From the NCBI GenBank assembly GCA_045637485.1, contig JAZTZK010000354.1:1-62667 (forward strand): a stretch of 62,667 nucleotides of DNA, in the 5' to 3' direction. The stretch's first letter is position 1. The number at the start of each line of letters is the position of its first letter. Both the position numbers and the translations under genes were made by a program. This stretch comes from Clostridia bacterium. Its GTDB lineage: Bacteria; Bacillota; Clostridia; Christensenellales; Aristaeellaceae. Positions 1 through 9,991 of this stretch are shown here, piece after piece. The notes under the pieces are model-generated. The model was not told the DNA's origin. It did not search any database and worked only from the letters and a program-made list of their open reading frames with translations.

Positions 1-1005
1 TGGTGCCTGTCCAACGAGATCGACGGCCCCTGGCAGGTGGGACAGAACACCGGCGCGGCCTACGGCCATCTGGCGCGCGAGGCATCGAAGGCCATGAAGC
101 TGGTCGACCCCGACATCCAAACCGTGCTGGCGGGCTCGTCCAGCCCTTCCATGCCCACCTATCCCGATTTCGACGCCGAGGCGCTGGATCAGGCCTGGGA
201 GTATGTGGACTACCTCTCCCTGCACACCTACATCAGCAACCTGAAGGGCGACACGCCCAACTACCTGGCCAAGACGCTGACCACAGAGCTGATGTTCAGG
301 CAGATCGGCGGGCTGTTCGCCTGGATGAAGGCGAAGAAGCGCTCGTCGCACGACCTCTATATCTCCTTTGACGAGTACAACACCTGGCACACCGTCTCCG
401 GAAACGAACGACTGGAGAAGCCGCGCTGGGGCATCGCCACGCCGCTGCTGGAGGACAACTACGTCATGGAGGACGCCGTGGCGCTGGGCAGCCTGCTCAT
501 CACCATCCTTCGCAACTGCGATATCGTGAAGATCGCCTGCCTGTCGGAGCTGGTCAACTGCATCTCCCACATCCGCACGCGCACCGGCGGGGGGTGCTGG
601 GCGCTGCCGCCTTACTACGCATTCCTGCATTACTCGAAATACGGACGCGGCACGGTGCTGAACGTGCGGATCGACTCGCCGAAGTATGACAGCACGGATT
701 ACACCGACGTGCCGTACCTGGATGCCGTTCCCGTGCTGAATGACGACGGGCGCATCACCGTGTTCGCCGTCAATAGAAGCATGGATGAAGTCCTGCCATT
801 GGAGGTCGGGCTGCGCGGCTTCAAGGATTCGTATGTCGTGGAAGAGGCGATCGCCCTCTCTCACTCCGATCCCAAGGCGACAAATACCGAGGACGCCCCG
901 GACAACGTCCGGCCCCATGCCGGGAGCGCCGCTTTTGAGGACGGCCTGCTGCGCGCCGATCTCGCTCCCCTTTCCTGGAATGTCCTGCGATTGAAGGCAC
1001 GATAA
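1..1005 (+). CDS. abfA: alpha-L-arabinofuranosidase, GH51 family (5'-truncated by window edge)
   Basis: Frame 1 is open from nt 1. The translation begins WCLSNEIDGPWQVGQ, which matches the GH51 acid/base motif GNE[MI]DGPWQ. An AbfA-like C-terminal region follows, with the stop at 1003-1005. Confidence 0.85.
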   Translation, partial: WCLSNEIDGPWQVGQNTGAAYGHLAREASKAMKLVDPDIQTVLAGSSSPSMPTYPDFDAEALDQAWEYVDYLSLHTYISNLKGDTPNYLAKTLTTELMFRQIGGLFAWMKAKKRSSHDLYISFDEYNTWHTVSGNERLEKPRWGIATPLLEDNYVMEDAVALGSLLITILRNCDIVKIACLSELVNCISHIRTRTGGGCWALPPYYAFLHYSKYGRGTVLNVRIDSPKYDSTDYTDVPYLDAVPVLNDDGRITVFAVNRSMDEVLPLEVGLRGFKDSYVVEEAIALSHSDPKATNTEDAPDNVRPHAGSAAFEDGLLRADLAPLSWNVLRLKAR

Positions 1006-1035
1006 GCTTTCCGTCGCCAGAGGAGGTTTGCTTCC

Positions 1036-1689
1036 ATGAAGAACATTTTGATCTACGGCGACTCCAACGCATGGGGCTATGACAGCGCCCGGTACGTCCC
1101 GGAAGCGGACGCCTTTCAGCGCATGACCGAAGCGGAGCGCTGGCCCGCCCTGGTGCGAAGCATGCTCGGCTCCGACCATCACATCATCGAGGACGCCCTG
1201 AACGGCAGGACCCTGGTGTGGGACGATCCCTACATGCCGGGTCGCAACGGGCTCAAGGGGTTGCAAACCGCGCTGGACGCCCATGCGCCGCTGGATCTGG
1301 TGGTGATACAGCTGGGCTGCAACGAGCTCAAGGATTATTTCAACCTGAGCGCCGCCATGATCGCCAGGGGAATGGAAATGCTGGTCCATGCGTGCGGCGT
1401 CTCCTACTATGGCTATCCCGCGCCGAAGGTACTGCTGATCGCGCCGGCGCCGACGCACCCGGATATCGCCGCAATACGCGCCGGCTCCAGCTTCGGCCCA
1501 ACAGCCTATCCCAAGAGCTGCGAGCTCGGAAAGCTGTATCGGGCGATCGCGCAGCAGCATCACTGCGGCTTCATCGACTGCGCGGAGCTCGGTTTCGAGA
1601 TCAACACCGTGGATGGACTCCACTATTCTCATGCCGACCACGCAAAACTGGCTCCCGTTGTGGCGGAGAAGATACGCGAGATGCTGTGA
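1036..1689 (+). CDS. SGNH/GDSL-family hydrolase (esterase/lipase)
   Basis: SGNH blocks are present: ILIYGDSNAWGY (block I), DALNGRT (block II), GCNELK (block III) and DGLHYS (block V). A GGAGG RBS precedes the ATG. Confidence 0.8.
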   Translation: MKNILIYGDSNAWGYDSARYVPEADAFQRMTEAERWPALVRSMLGSDHHIIEDALNGRTLVWDDPYMPGRNGLKGLQTALDAHAPLDLVVIQLGCNELKDYFNLSAAMIARGMEMLVHACGVSYYGYPAPKVLLIAPAPTHPDIAAIRAGSSFGPTAYPKSCELGKLYRAIAQQHHCGFIDCAELGFEINTVDGLHYSHADHAKLAPVVAEKIREML

Positions 1690-1711
1690 TGAATAACAGG
1701 AGGCTGCAAAC

Positions 1712-2317
1712 ATGGAATCCAGGCAGATGAATTTTGACGGGTGGAAGTGGCTCAACGAAAGTCGCATGATGGAAGTCAACGGTGAGATTGCCATTCTTGC
1801 GCCCGCACGGACAGACTGGTTCAACAATCCGGTGCCGGAGAATGGCACGATTCCCGCGCCCGTGGCAAACGCGCCCTTTTTCTATACGGAGGTCATCGGA
1901 GATTTTGTCTTCCGCGCCAGGGTTCGGCCGAACCACCGCTACACCTACGACGCCTGCGCCCTGATGGTGATCAAGGATGAACAGATGTGGGCGAAGGCCG
2001 CGTTTGAGGCGTCCGACTTCGGCACCAGGGCGGCGGTATGCGTGGTCACCAACGGCGTCTCGGACGACGCCAACGGCTCCAATATCGATCAGTACGTCGT
2101 CTGGCTCCAGATCGCTCGTGTGCGCGACGTCTTCTGCGTCCACTACTCTCTGGATGGCGGACGCTTCGACATGGTGCGGCTGTTCCGCCTGCCCGTTGGC
2201 GACAGCGTCAAGGTCGGCCTCGAAGCCCAAAGCCCGGCCGGGAAAGGCGGCCTGCGCCTGTTCAGCGATGTGACACTTGAGAAAAGAACCGTCCAAAACC
2301 TGCGCGCCGGCGCGTAG
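1712..2317 (+). CDS. DUF1349-like (ConA-like lectin/glucanase fold) protein
   Basis: 201-aa ORF with an AGGAGG RBS 8 nt upstream. The pattern TDWF..P...GDF.F...V......YDA.ALMV......WAK..FE resembles the DUF1349 family, judged by eye only. Confidence 0.55.
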   Translation: MESRQMNFDGWKWLNESRMMEVNGEIAILAPARTDWFNNPVPENGTIPAPVANAPFFYTEVIGDFVFRARVRPNHRYTYDACALMVIKDEQMWAKAAFEASDFGTRAAVCVVTNGVSDDANGSNIDQYVVWLQIARVRDVFCVHYSLDGGRFDMVRLFRLPVGDSVKVGLEAQSPAGKGGLRLFSDVTLEKRTVQNLRAGA

Positions 2318-2410
2318 GAACCTCATTGAAAACAACATGCGCGCCGATAGCGGAAAGCGGCTGGCGCGAAGCGTGTTTTGCCTGGATAAGAACACGGAGG
2401 ATTGAGAAAA

Positions 2411-3121
2411 ATGGGCTGTGAAATCATTCAAATCAACGCAAACACCTGGAGGATCGAGGACGAAGGCGTCCGCCTGTTCCTGCTTGCGGGCACTGAGAGG
2501 GCGCTGCTCATCGACTCCGGCATGAACCTGAACAACGCGAGGGACATCGCCGCTGGGCTGACTGACCTTCCGCTTTCTCTGCTGAACACTCACGCGGACA
2601 GGGATCATATCGGCAGCAACGAACAATTCGACGCCTTTTACATGCATCCCGCGGAAGAACCCGTCTACCGACGCTCCGGAAAGCCGGGTACGGTCATTCC
2701 CATTCGGGAGGGCGATTCCCTGAACCTCGGGGATCGTGAATTGAGGATCATCCATTTGCCCGGCCACACGCCCGGCAGCATTGCCGTGCTGGACGTTCAG
2801 AACAGGGTGTTGATCAGCGGGGACCCCATCCAGGCGCATGGGCGCGTCTTCATGTTCGGGGATCATCGGAACATGGAGAATTACATTTCAAGTCTTGAAC
2901 ACCTGGAGGGCTTTGCCGATCAATTTGACGAGATCTGGCCGTCCCACGCGGATATCCCCGTCTCCCCGGCCATTATTCGAAAGCTGCATGACGGCGCGCA
3001 AGCTGTTTTGGATGGAACGATTCAGGGAAAGCCGACAGAGTTCTTTGGGCAGCGCATCGTCGTCTATGATTTGGGCTTCTGCACATTGCTGTGCGGCGAC
3101 ACAAAAGGAGGATGCCTGTGA
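2411..3121 (+). CDS. MBL-fold metallo-hydrolase
   Basis: Motifs LLIDSG, NTHADRDHIG (an HxHxDH-type motif) and HLPGHTPGS. I chose the ATG at 2411, downstream of a GGAGG, over the TTG at 2402. Confidence 0.8.
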   Translation: MGCEIIQINANTWRIEDEGVRLFLLAGTERALLIDSGMNLNNARDIAAGLTDLPLSLLNTHADRDHIGSNEQFDAFYMHPAEEPVYRRSGKPGTVIPIREGDSLNLGDRELRIIHLPGHTPGSIAVLDVQNRVLISGDPIQAHGRVFMFGDHRNMENYISSLEHLEGFADQFDEIWPSHADIPVSPAIIRKLHDGAQAVLDGTIQGKPTEFFGQRIVVYDLGFCTLLCGDTKGGCL

Positions 3122-3687
3122 AAAAGGTGGCGGTAGTATGGTCCAGCCCGAATACAGACGGCCTGACGGCGTCGGCAAAGGATCAGTTCGTACGCGGATT
3201 AATCGATGCGGGTTCGGAGGTCAATGAGATCCATCTGAACAGGAAAACCCTGGAGCATTGCCGGGCCTGCGGGAACGGCTGGGGAACCTGTAATAAGAAG
3301 GGTGCGTGCGTAATTCAAGATGATTTTGTCTCCGTCTATCAGACGCTGGCTGAGGCGGACGGCATCGTGTGGATCAGCGCGGTCTACTGGTCGGACATGA
3401 CGGAATGCTTCAAGGCGTTCTTTGACCGGCTTCGCAGATGTGACGCGACACACAATCACTTTCTGGCTGAGAAGCGCTGCGTGCTCATCGCCTGCGCGGG
3501 CGGAACGGGAAGGGGCACGCTGGAATGCCTGACGCAGCTGGAAAGAGGCCTCACCCATATGGGCATGCGCGCGTATGACCGCATCCCTGTGGTACGCTAC
3601 AACAGGAATTACATCCTCCCGGCGCTGTATGAGGCCGGAAGGGTCTACGTAGAGCGCCTTGAGAACGGATTCGATATGTTTTATTGA
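3112..3687 (+). CDS. flavodoxin-like / NADPH-dependent FMN reductase family protein
   Basis: KVAVVWSSPNTDGLT is a flavodoxin-type phosphate loop. A Cys cluster (CRACGNGWGTC) is typical of iron-sulfur flavoprotein relatives. An AAAGGAGG RBS lies before the ATG at 3112. Confidence 0.7.
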   Translation: MPVKKVAVVWSSPNTDGLTASAKDQFVRGLIDAGSEVNEIHLNRKTLEHCRACGNGWGTCNKKGACVIQDDFVSVYQTLAEADGIVWISAVYWSDMTECFKAFFDRLRRCDATHNHFLAEKRCVLIACAGGTGRGTLECLTQLERGLTHMGMRAYDRIPVVRYNRNYILPALYEAGRVYVERLENGFDMFY

Positions 3688-3721
3688 CGATCATTTCTAA
3701 GAGATCAAGGAGGTCAACCTC

Positions 3722-4636
3722 ATGCGCTATCAAAAACTTGGCAGAACGGGATTCGATATTTCCGCGGTCAGCTATGGCGGTGTGGTATCATCCCAGCATT
3801 TTGACAAGGCTGTGATCCCCGGCGACGGGCAGGGCATGTCCGATCACTTCGTCTCATGGGCCATAGAGCATGGTGTGAATTACTTTGACGTCGCGCCCGG
3901 CTATGGGGATGCGCAGCTGTTGATGGGAAACTCACTCAGGCAATACAGGAAGAATGTCTTTCTGGCCTGTAAGACAGCCCTGCGCGACAGAGTCGGCGCT
4001 GAGCGGGACATGATGGAATCCCTTAGGCTGCTGCACACCGACTGGTTTGATGTCTATCAGCTTCACGGGCTCGTCACCATGGCGGAGCTGGAAACGGTAT
4101 TCGCGCCCGGCGGCGCGATGGAGCTTCTGCGCGACATGCGTGAAAAGGGCATCGCTCGAAAGATCGGCATCACTGTGCACAACGAGTCCGTCGCACTGAA
4201 AGCGCTTGAGTTGTACGACTTCGACACGGTGCTCTTCCCCTTCAACTGGCATATGCACATGGCGCACGGTATGGGAGAGAAGCTTCGGAACGTCGTGCGT
4301 CAGAAAGGCGCGGGGCTGCTTTGCATGAAATCCATGATTGAGCGTGCCTGGGGCGAGGACGAGCGCTATGCGTCGAAGTATCCAAAGTCCTGGTGCAAGC
4401 CCATCGATATTGACGAGGAACCGGAGCTGCTGCTCGCGGCGGTCAAATACGCGCTGTCGTTGGGCGTGGACACGCTGATTCCTCCGGGTAACTTCGAGCA
4501 TTTCCGTTTCGCGGTCGACCATATCGAAGAAGCGCTGGACAACCCCCTGTCGGAAACGGAGAGAAACCTTCTCTCCACTCGCCTGCCGGTGGTTCGCGAT
4601 CTCCCCTTCTTCGATCAGGATTGCTATACGCTTTGA
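3722..4636 (+). CDS. aldo/keto reductase family oxidoreductase
   Basis: The N-terminus MRYQKLGRTGFDISAVSYGG and the AKR-like DVYQLHG block. AAGGAGG RBS. Confidence 0.85.
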   Translation: MRYQKLGRTGFDISAVSYGGVVSSQHFDKAVIPGDGQGMSDHFVSWAIEHGVNYFDVAPGYGDAQLLMGNSLRQYRKNVFLACKTALRDRVGAERDMMESLRLLHTDWFDVYQLHGLVTMAELETVFAPGGAMELLRDMREKGIARKIGITVHNESVALKALELYDFDTVLFPFNWHMHMAHGMGEKLRNVVRQKGAGLLCMKSMIERAWGEDERYASKYPKSWCKPIDIDEEPELLLAAVKYALSLGVDTLIPPGNFEHFRFAVDHIEEALDNPLSETERNLLSTRLPVVRDLPFFDQDCYTL

Positions 4637-4651
4637 CAAAGGAGGCATTCC

Positions 4652-5362
4652 ATGCAAAATGTTTTGATCACCGGCACCGGCAGGCCGCAGGCGTTGGGCT
4701 TTAATCTGGTCAGGCGCTATCTGGAGCACGGGGACAGGGTGTTCGCGTGTGTTCGCAGGCCGACGGAAGCATTTTCCGAACTACTGAACCAATACCCCGA
4801 AAGATTGACCGTCCTTGTGATGGATATCTCGGACACGCCGTCCGTCAAAGCTGCCTTTGATCAGACCGCGACCGAGACAGATCATCTCGACACGATCATC
4901 AACAACGCGGTGACGACCGCTCCCGACTGCAACAGCTCCGTGATGGAAGCCGATCCGGACCATATCGCCGCCTCGGTGAACGTGGGCGCGGCCGGTCCGC
5001 TGCGGGTCATACAGGCGTTTTATCCGTTGCTGAAAAATAGCGGGATGGGGCTGGTGGTCAACATCTCCTCCGAAGCCGGCAGCATCGGCGCCTGCTATCG
5101 GACGAATATGACGGATTACGCCGTCACGAAAGCCGCGCTCAACATGATCACCAAGACAATCCGGAACGCATGGGAAAATGAAAGGAGCCTGAACATCCTC
5201 TGCCTGCATCCCGGCTGGATGCGCACCAATCAGGGCAACGAAAAGGCTCCGCTGGTGCCGTATGAGCATGCCGAGGCGCTGCGTCGACTATTTGAGGAGA
5301 AGCGCTTCGTCAAGGACGGCGACCTGTTCATCACCTATACCGGGGAAGCCTATCCATGGTAA
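4652..5362 (+). CDS. SDR-family oxidoreductase
   Basis: VLITGTGRPQALG is a Rossmann TGxxxGxG-like motif, NNAV is present, and YAVTK is the catalytic YxxxK. Confidence 0.85.
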   Translation: MQNVLITGTGRPQALGFNLVRRYLEHGDRVFACVRRPTEAFSELLNQYPERLTVLVMDISDTPSVKAAFDQTATETDHLDTIINNAVTTAPDCNSSVMEADPDHIAASVNVGAAGPLRVIQAFYPLLKNSGMGLVVNISSEAGSIGACYRTNMTDYAVTKAALNMITKTIRNAWENERSLNILCLHPGWMRTNQGNEKAPLVPYEHAEALRRLFEEKRFVKDGDLFITYTGEAYPW

Positions 5363-5499
5363 GCCAACAAACCATAAGAGGAAAGCGGAGAAAGCACCAT
5401 GATCTCAACGCCTATGAGCGCCTATGACATAGGAAGGCTCTCCCTGGAAACAGATCGTACCATCTTCAGCCTACCGGCTGATCGAAGGGGCGGGCTTTT

Positions 5500-6852
5500 G
5501 TGATAACAAAAGACAAGGCTTTCTACAAATCATTTGCCACCCTGACCATTGCCTTAATGCTGGAGCAGGCGGTTATCCTTTCTGTCAATCTGGCTGATAA
5601 CGTCATGCTGGGTTCCTACAGTGAGAACGCTCTTTCCGGCGTTGCCGCGGTCAACCAGATTCAATTTGTTCTGCAGCAGCTGGTTTACGGCATAAGCAAC
5701 GGCATGATCGTACTGGGCAGTCAATACTGGGGTCAGGGGCGAACAGGAGAGATCCGCAAATTATCCTCCATCGCGGCGCGCTCTGCCCTGGTGCTGACAT
5801 TGACGTTGTTTTTTCTGGTCTCGCTTTTTCCGCGTGGCGCCCTGCTACTCTTCACGAGTCACGAGGCAATCATAGCCGAAGGCATCGCCTACCTGCGAAT
5901 CATGCGGTTCTCTTACATGGTGTTCGGATTGACTACAGTATTGCTGGGTACGCTGCGCATCGCAGAGTCGGTTACCATAGCGCTGCGCGTGTCCGTCATC
6001 TCCCTGATCGTCAATATCTCCATCAACTATTTGTTGATTCCGGGGCGTTTCGGTTTCCCGGAGCTGGGCGTCCGTGGGGCGGCCTTTGGGACTCTCGCCG
6101 CAAGAATAATTGAGTTCATCATTGTCACCTTATTTATATTCAATAGTGACAACGGGCTTGACATACGCCCCGTGGATTATCTGCACATCGACCGGCGGAT
6201 GCTGAAGGATTATTTCCGTGTCAGTTCGCCTATCATTTTTGCCGCAATGGTCTGGGGCCTCAACAACGCGCTTCAAACAGTCATCCTCGGGCACATGGAC
6301 AAGAGTGCTATCGCCGCTCAGTCCATCAGCTCCACGCTTTTCCTGCTCCTGAAGGTGGCAGCTGTAGGGGCGGCGTCTGCGGCTTCCGTACTAATCGGAA
6401 AGGCAGTGGGCGCGGGCGACATGAAGAAAGTACGCGAATACACACGCACACTGCAGATCCTGTTCATAGGCATTGGCACGATGTTGGCGCTGCTATTCAC
6501 CGCGATTCGCTTCCCGCTCCTGAGCGTTTACAACATATCCGACGAGACGCGCCACATGGCCAACGCATTCATGACCATACAAACCGTGACAATCTTTACG
6601 ATGTCCTATCAAATGTGCGTGAACGCAGGAATCATCCGCGGCGGCGGCGATACCGGCTTCATACTGAAGCTGGACATGATTTCCATTGTTGGAATCGTCA
6701 TTCCCCTGTCTCTGCTCGCCGCATTCGTCTGGCATCTGTCGCCCATCGCCGTAACATTTATACTGAACTCTGATCAGATATTCAAGTGCGTACCGGCATT
6801 TGTAAGGGTAAACAGCTATAAGTGGGTTAAAAGGTTAACCCGGGAAAGCTGA
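5500..6852 (+). CDS. MATE-family efflux transporter
   Basis: 450-aa polytopic membrane protein with a MATE-like internal duplication. The N-terminal FYKSF...P..LEQ pattern fits the family. Confidence 0.85.
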   Translation: MITKDKAFYKSFATLTIALMLEQAVILSVNLADNVMLGSYSENALSGVAAVNQIQFVLQQLVYGISNGMIVLGSQYWGQGRTGEIRKLSSIAARSALVLTLTLFFLVSLFPRGALLLFTSHEAIIAEGIAYLRIMRFSYMVFGLTTVLLGTLRIAESVTIALRVSVISLIVNISINYLLIPGRFGFPELGVRGAAFGTLAARIIEFIIVTLFIFNSDNGLDIRPVDYLHIDRRMLKDYFRVSSPIIFAAMVWGLNNALQTVILGHMDKSAIAAQSISSTLFLLLKVAAVGAASAASVLIGKAVGAGDMKKVREYTRTLQILFIGIGTMLALLFTAIRFPLLSVYNISDETRHMANAFMTIQTVTIFTMSYQMCVNAGIIRGGGDTGFILKLDMISIVGIVIPLSLLAAFVWHLSPIAVTFILNSDQIFKCVPAFVRVNSYKWVKRLTRES

Positions 6853-7004
6853 ACGCAGGACCATATGCCTATACCCATGGAGCATACGCCAAAGATCAGG
6901 TTCAGCTTCTGCTTGAAATCGTCGCTGAGCCTGTTTCCGCAGGCCGCACCGATGATGCCGCCCAGCACAACTGCCAGCACGTTGCAAATCACGCCAATGG
7001 GCAT
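6816..7004 (-). pseudogene. DUF554-family membrane protein, N-terminal remnant only
   Basis: MPIGVICNVLAVVLGGIIGAACGNRLSDDFKQKLNLIFGVCSMGIGI matches the start of DUF554 proteins, which are about 230 aa. Only about 50 aa survive, and the ORF then runs into the MATE gene 3' end. Confidence 0.5.
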
Positions 7005-7092
7005 ATACTCATTCCTTGTAGCAAAGTCCCTGACAAGCTGGAATTTAGCATTATGCTGTCAGTTTCTCAACCTTCGCTTGTCCGGTAGAAAA

Positions 7093-9420
7093 TCATTCTG
7101 CCTTATCAGCCATTACTTCGTAGAAGTTGAACAGGTACAGGCTGGACGGGTTGAGCCAATAGGTCGTGATCCGTCCGCCGTAGACTTGCAGCGCCTGGTT
7201 GTTTCCGGCGCCAGCGGATTTGATGTAGTAACCACCATCGGCCTCAATCAATTGCCAAAGGCTCAGGCGGTCATCCTCGGGAGCGTCGGTCAAAGAGAGT
7301 CCGCCGCTGTCGCCACATGTGAGATACCGCCCGTCCTGACCGGTGAACATCAGCAATCCTTCGTCTGCTTCGTGCGCGGCGAAGATGAGGGCATCATTGG
7401 GGAGCACGTCCACCAGCGCATCACCATAGCTGGCGATTTCGGCAACATCCATGCCGTCACTGTTTCTATGATCCGTCAGCGTGCAGCCCTGTGCCTCGCT
7501 ATAAAGCACGTAAACGTGCCCATCCTGCGGCCTGTCCACAAGCTCCGCAACGGTTCGCCCTTCATAGGCAGGCATGGCGGCCGGGTCTTCTGAGTAGATG
7601 ATAGACCAACTCCAGTTGAAGGCTTCCGGCGAGAGGCCTCCGACGCGTTCAGTCACTTGGGCAATGTATTCTTTAATGACATCCTGTATCGTGCCTTCAT
7701 TTCCTTCTTCCAGCTGAGACCACAGTGCGTCTTCCGCCGAGAAAGACCTTAACCCGCAGCGCTCATTCCCAAGGATGTAGTTGTTGACCGCGACCAGATA
7801 GAGCACATCCGGCTGGAATGGCCGTCCATTGGCAAAGCTGTCGATGACGACCCGCTTACCGGAGGGTTTTGACATATCGTAACGGAAGTTGACGCCTCCG
7901 CAGATGATGTTTGTGAATGGATCGTTTGTCGCCAAATAGTAAGGCGTTCCCCTTAGCACTCGACAGGTCAATCTCTGAGACGCATTTTCTTCCAGCACGG
8001 CGAGAATATCCCTGCCGTACATAGGCAAGATCAGCTGATTGTTGGCGAAGCTGTACAGGCGGTACACATCGCGTGTGGAGACGGGACCACTTCGGGGAAT
8101 ATAACCACCGTTGGCCGGTGAAATAAATGAGGCGTCCACATCGAGGTGATCAAGTCCTGTTGCGGCTTGCAGCGCTTCAAGGCCGGACTGGCCGAATTTC
8201 TCCTGCATGCGTTCCGTACCGATAGCCATCACAGCCGCGTTGACCAGGTCGACCGTGTCGCTCTGGGCGGTGTAAAACTCCTCAGAGCCATCCCACTCCC
8301 CGGTCAGCTCACCAACGGGAAGATCCAGCGTGGCGTCTGCCAGTTCCGCGTAGGGGCGTATTTTATTCTGAAGGTCAGGATCGGGTGGATAGTTTGCGAG
8401 GCTCAGGTCTTCCGTTTCGTCAAGCTTGCAGCTGAGCCCGCCCTGCGCATCCTCCGTAAGGCGGAAGACAGTCTTGGTCAGTGCATGCCCGCCGCCGTTT
8501 ACGATGAGCACCTCCCGGCCCGCCTTATCCGTGACGGAGGTGCAGGAATAAGCGGTAGAATGGTCGTGGCCAAGGATCAGCAGATCGATGCCTTCCGTAT
8601 TTTGGATAATGCGCATGCCCTGGTGTTCAGAATTGAGGCCAAACACCGTCTCTTTGTCCGCGTCCCCCAGTCCCCCATGGTAGGACACGATGATGATTTC
8701 ACATCCATCCTCACGCATCTGCGCGATATAGCGGGCGGCTTCCCATGCCTGGTCATAATCCGGGTTGTTGGGGTGGGCAAACTGGATGCCCGGGTAATTG
8801 ACCGGAATATCCCAGCGGGTGATGTCGCTGTTTCCAAGCCCCAATACGCCAACCTTATGCAAGTGCCCGTTCACCGTTACCTCGCGGACGATGTAGGTGC
8901 CAAAGGCGTTTTCTCCCCGCTGATGGACACCGTCGGTGCCGTCGTAGCAGGCATTGGCCGCCAAAACGCGCACGCCGCATTCATCGAGCCAATCGTACAC
9001 CCGGCACATGGTGGCCCAGGGATAGTTGAATTCATGGTTGCCCAGCACCATGGCGTCATAGCCAATTTCCTTTAGGCACAGCGCCATGGCCTCCGGCTCG
9101 TTTCCGGGGTGCTCGGCACGCAGGAGATGCTCTTCCGATACGGGCGTGCCCTGGAAGAGATCTCCATTGTCGATCAGGATGACCTGCTCCGGTCCGTAGG
9201 CATCGCGGATCTGCCGGACGGCGGTGGACACGCGCAACATGTTCTGTTCCACTTTGCCCCCGGTCAGCAGGTTGGTTTCCCAACACTTCCCGTGCATATC
9301 AGTGGTGGACAACACCACCAGTTCGGTTGAGGCGCCTTCCGCGTATGCGAGCGTTGAGAGGCAAACAAGCCACAGCGCCAGGCATACGATAAAGAGGATT
9401 ACCCGTGTTCGGTGTTTCAT
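7093..9420 (-). CDS. secreted bifunctional metallophosphatase/5'-nucleotidase with extra C-terminal domain
   Basis: A signal peptide (MKHRTRVILFIVCLALWLVCLSTLAYA) followed by the calcineurin-like motifs TTDMHG, DNGDLFQG and GNHEFNY, then a 5'-nucleotidase C-domain. I chose the start at 9420 because of the AAGGAGG RBS. Confidence 0.85.
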   Translation of the reverse strand: MKHRTRVILFIVCLALWLVCLSTLAYAEGASTELVVLSTTDMHGKCWETNLLTGGKVEQNMLRVSTAVRQIRDAYGPEQVILIDNGDLFQGTPVSEEHLLRAEHPGNEPEAMALCLKEIGYDAMVLGNHEFNYPWATMCRVYDWLDECGVRVLAANACYDGTDGVHQRGENAFGTYIVREVTVNGHLHKVGVLGLGNSDITRWDIPVNYPGIQFAHPNNPDYDQAWEAARYIAQMREDGCEIIIVSYHGGLGDADKETVFGLNSEHQGMRIIQNTEGIDLLILGHDHSTAYSCTSVTDKAGREVLIVNGGGHALTKTVFRLTEDAQGGLSCKLDETEDLSLANYPPDPDLQNKIRPYAELADATLDLPVGELTGEWDGSEEFYTAQSDTVDLVNAAVMAIGTERMQEKFGQSGLEALQAATGLDHLDVDASFISPANGGYIPRSGPVSTRDVYRLYSFANNQLILPMYGRDILAVLEENASQRLTCRVLRGTPYYLATNDPFTNIICGGVNFRYDMSKPSGKRVVIDSFANGRPFQPDVLYLVAVNNYILGNERCGLRSFSAEDALWSQLEEGNEGTIQDVIKEYIAQVTERVGGLSPEAFNWSWSIIYSEDPAAMPAYEGRTVAELVDRPQDGHVYVLYSEAQGCTLTDHRNSDGMDVAEIASYGDALVDVLPNDALIFAAHEADEGLLMFTGQDGRYLTCGDSGGLSLTDAPEDDRLSLWQLIEADGGYYIKSAGAGNNQALQVYGGRITTYWLNPSSLYLFNFYEVMADKAE

Positions 9421-9615
9421 TTTCAAACCTCCTTGTGATTCCTTTCGATTCCGCTTCGTCGGCCCCGTCCGCATACACCGCCGAATCTAAAGCTAACCAG
9501 AAGCAAAATCAAATCATCTCAAATTTCCACATACATGGATGAAGTGTACGGCCAGAAAAACCGCTCCGGCGACCGTCAGAGGTGTGCTCTGTCTCCAAAG
9601 GCCAATAGCCACGTA

Positions 9616-9735
9616 TTAAAGCGGCGGCAGCGCCACGATAAACAGCATCATGACGAACAGGCTTTGATGACCGGCGAAATACAGCGCCCAGAAGCCGAGA
9701 TATTGATCCCGGAACAGTTTTATCCAGCGTGCCAT
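9616..9735 (-). CDS. possible 39-aa hydrophobic peptide
   Basis: Not in the ORF track because it is under 60 aa. Sequence MARWIKLFRDQYLGFWALYFAGHQSLFVMMLFIVALPPL, with a GAGAGGA RBS 5 nt upstream. Confidence 0.25.
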   Translation of the reverse strand: MARWIKLFRDQYLGFWALYFAGHQSLFVMMLFIVALPPL

Positions 9736-9744
9736 GGATTCCTC

Positions 9745-9848
9745 TCACTTCCTTATGAACCGTTCGTCTCCGGCGTGGTCCTCAATGCTCACAAACCGCT
9801 CCACGGTCAATTGGCGCCCTTATAGCGCAGATTTACTGTGATAGCCAT
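9745..9848 (-). pseudogene. antibiotic-biosynthesis-monooxygenase (ABM)-like gene remnant with internal deletion
   Basis: A good RBS (GGAGATAGG) precedes MAITVNLRYKGAN and then a stop. The shifted frame ends ..LTVERFVSIEDHAGDERFIRK. The N- and C-terminal ends of an ABM-type protein appear to be joined. Confidence 0.35.
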
Positions 9849-9991
9849 ATTCCTATCTCCTATGATATCATTCTCTTCTCGAATCGGAGCATCCCATCCG
9901 GGAACTGCTCATCAATCTGCTCTGCCACATCAGGATCGTTCGGGTTTGGACTTCGCACGCACATAGGGATTCTCAATTCTGTCCGAGCGTG

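Noticed and set aside
8146-9075. A 309-aa plus-strand ORF inside the 5'-nucleotidase gene, and a 242-aa ORF at 6865..7593.
   Set aside because: They are antisense to a gene with complete metallophosphatase motifs and a signal peptide, and have no features of their own.
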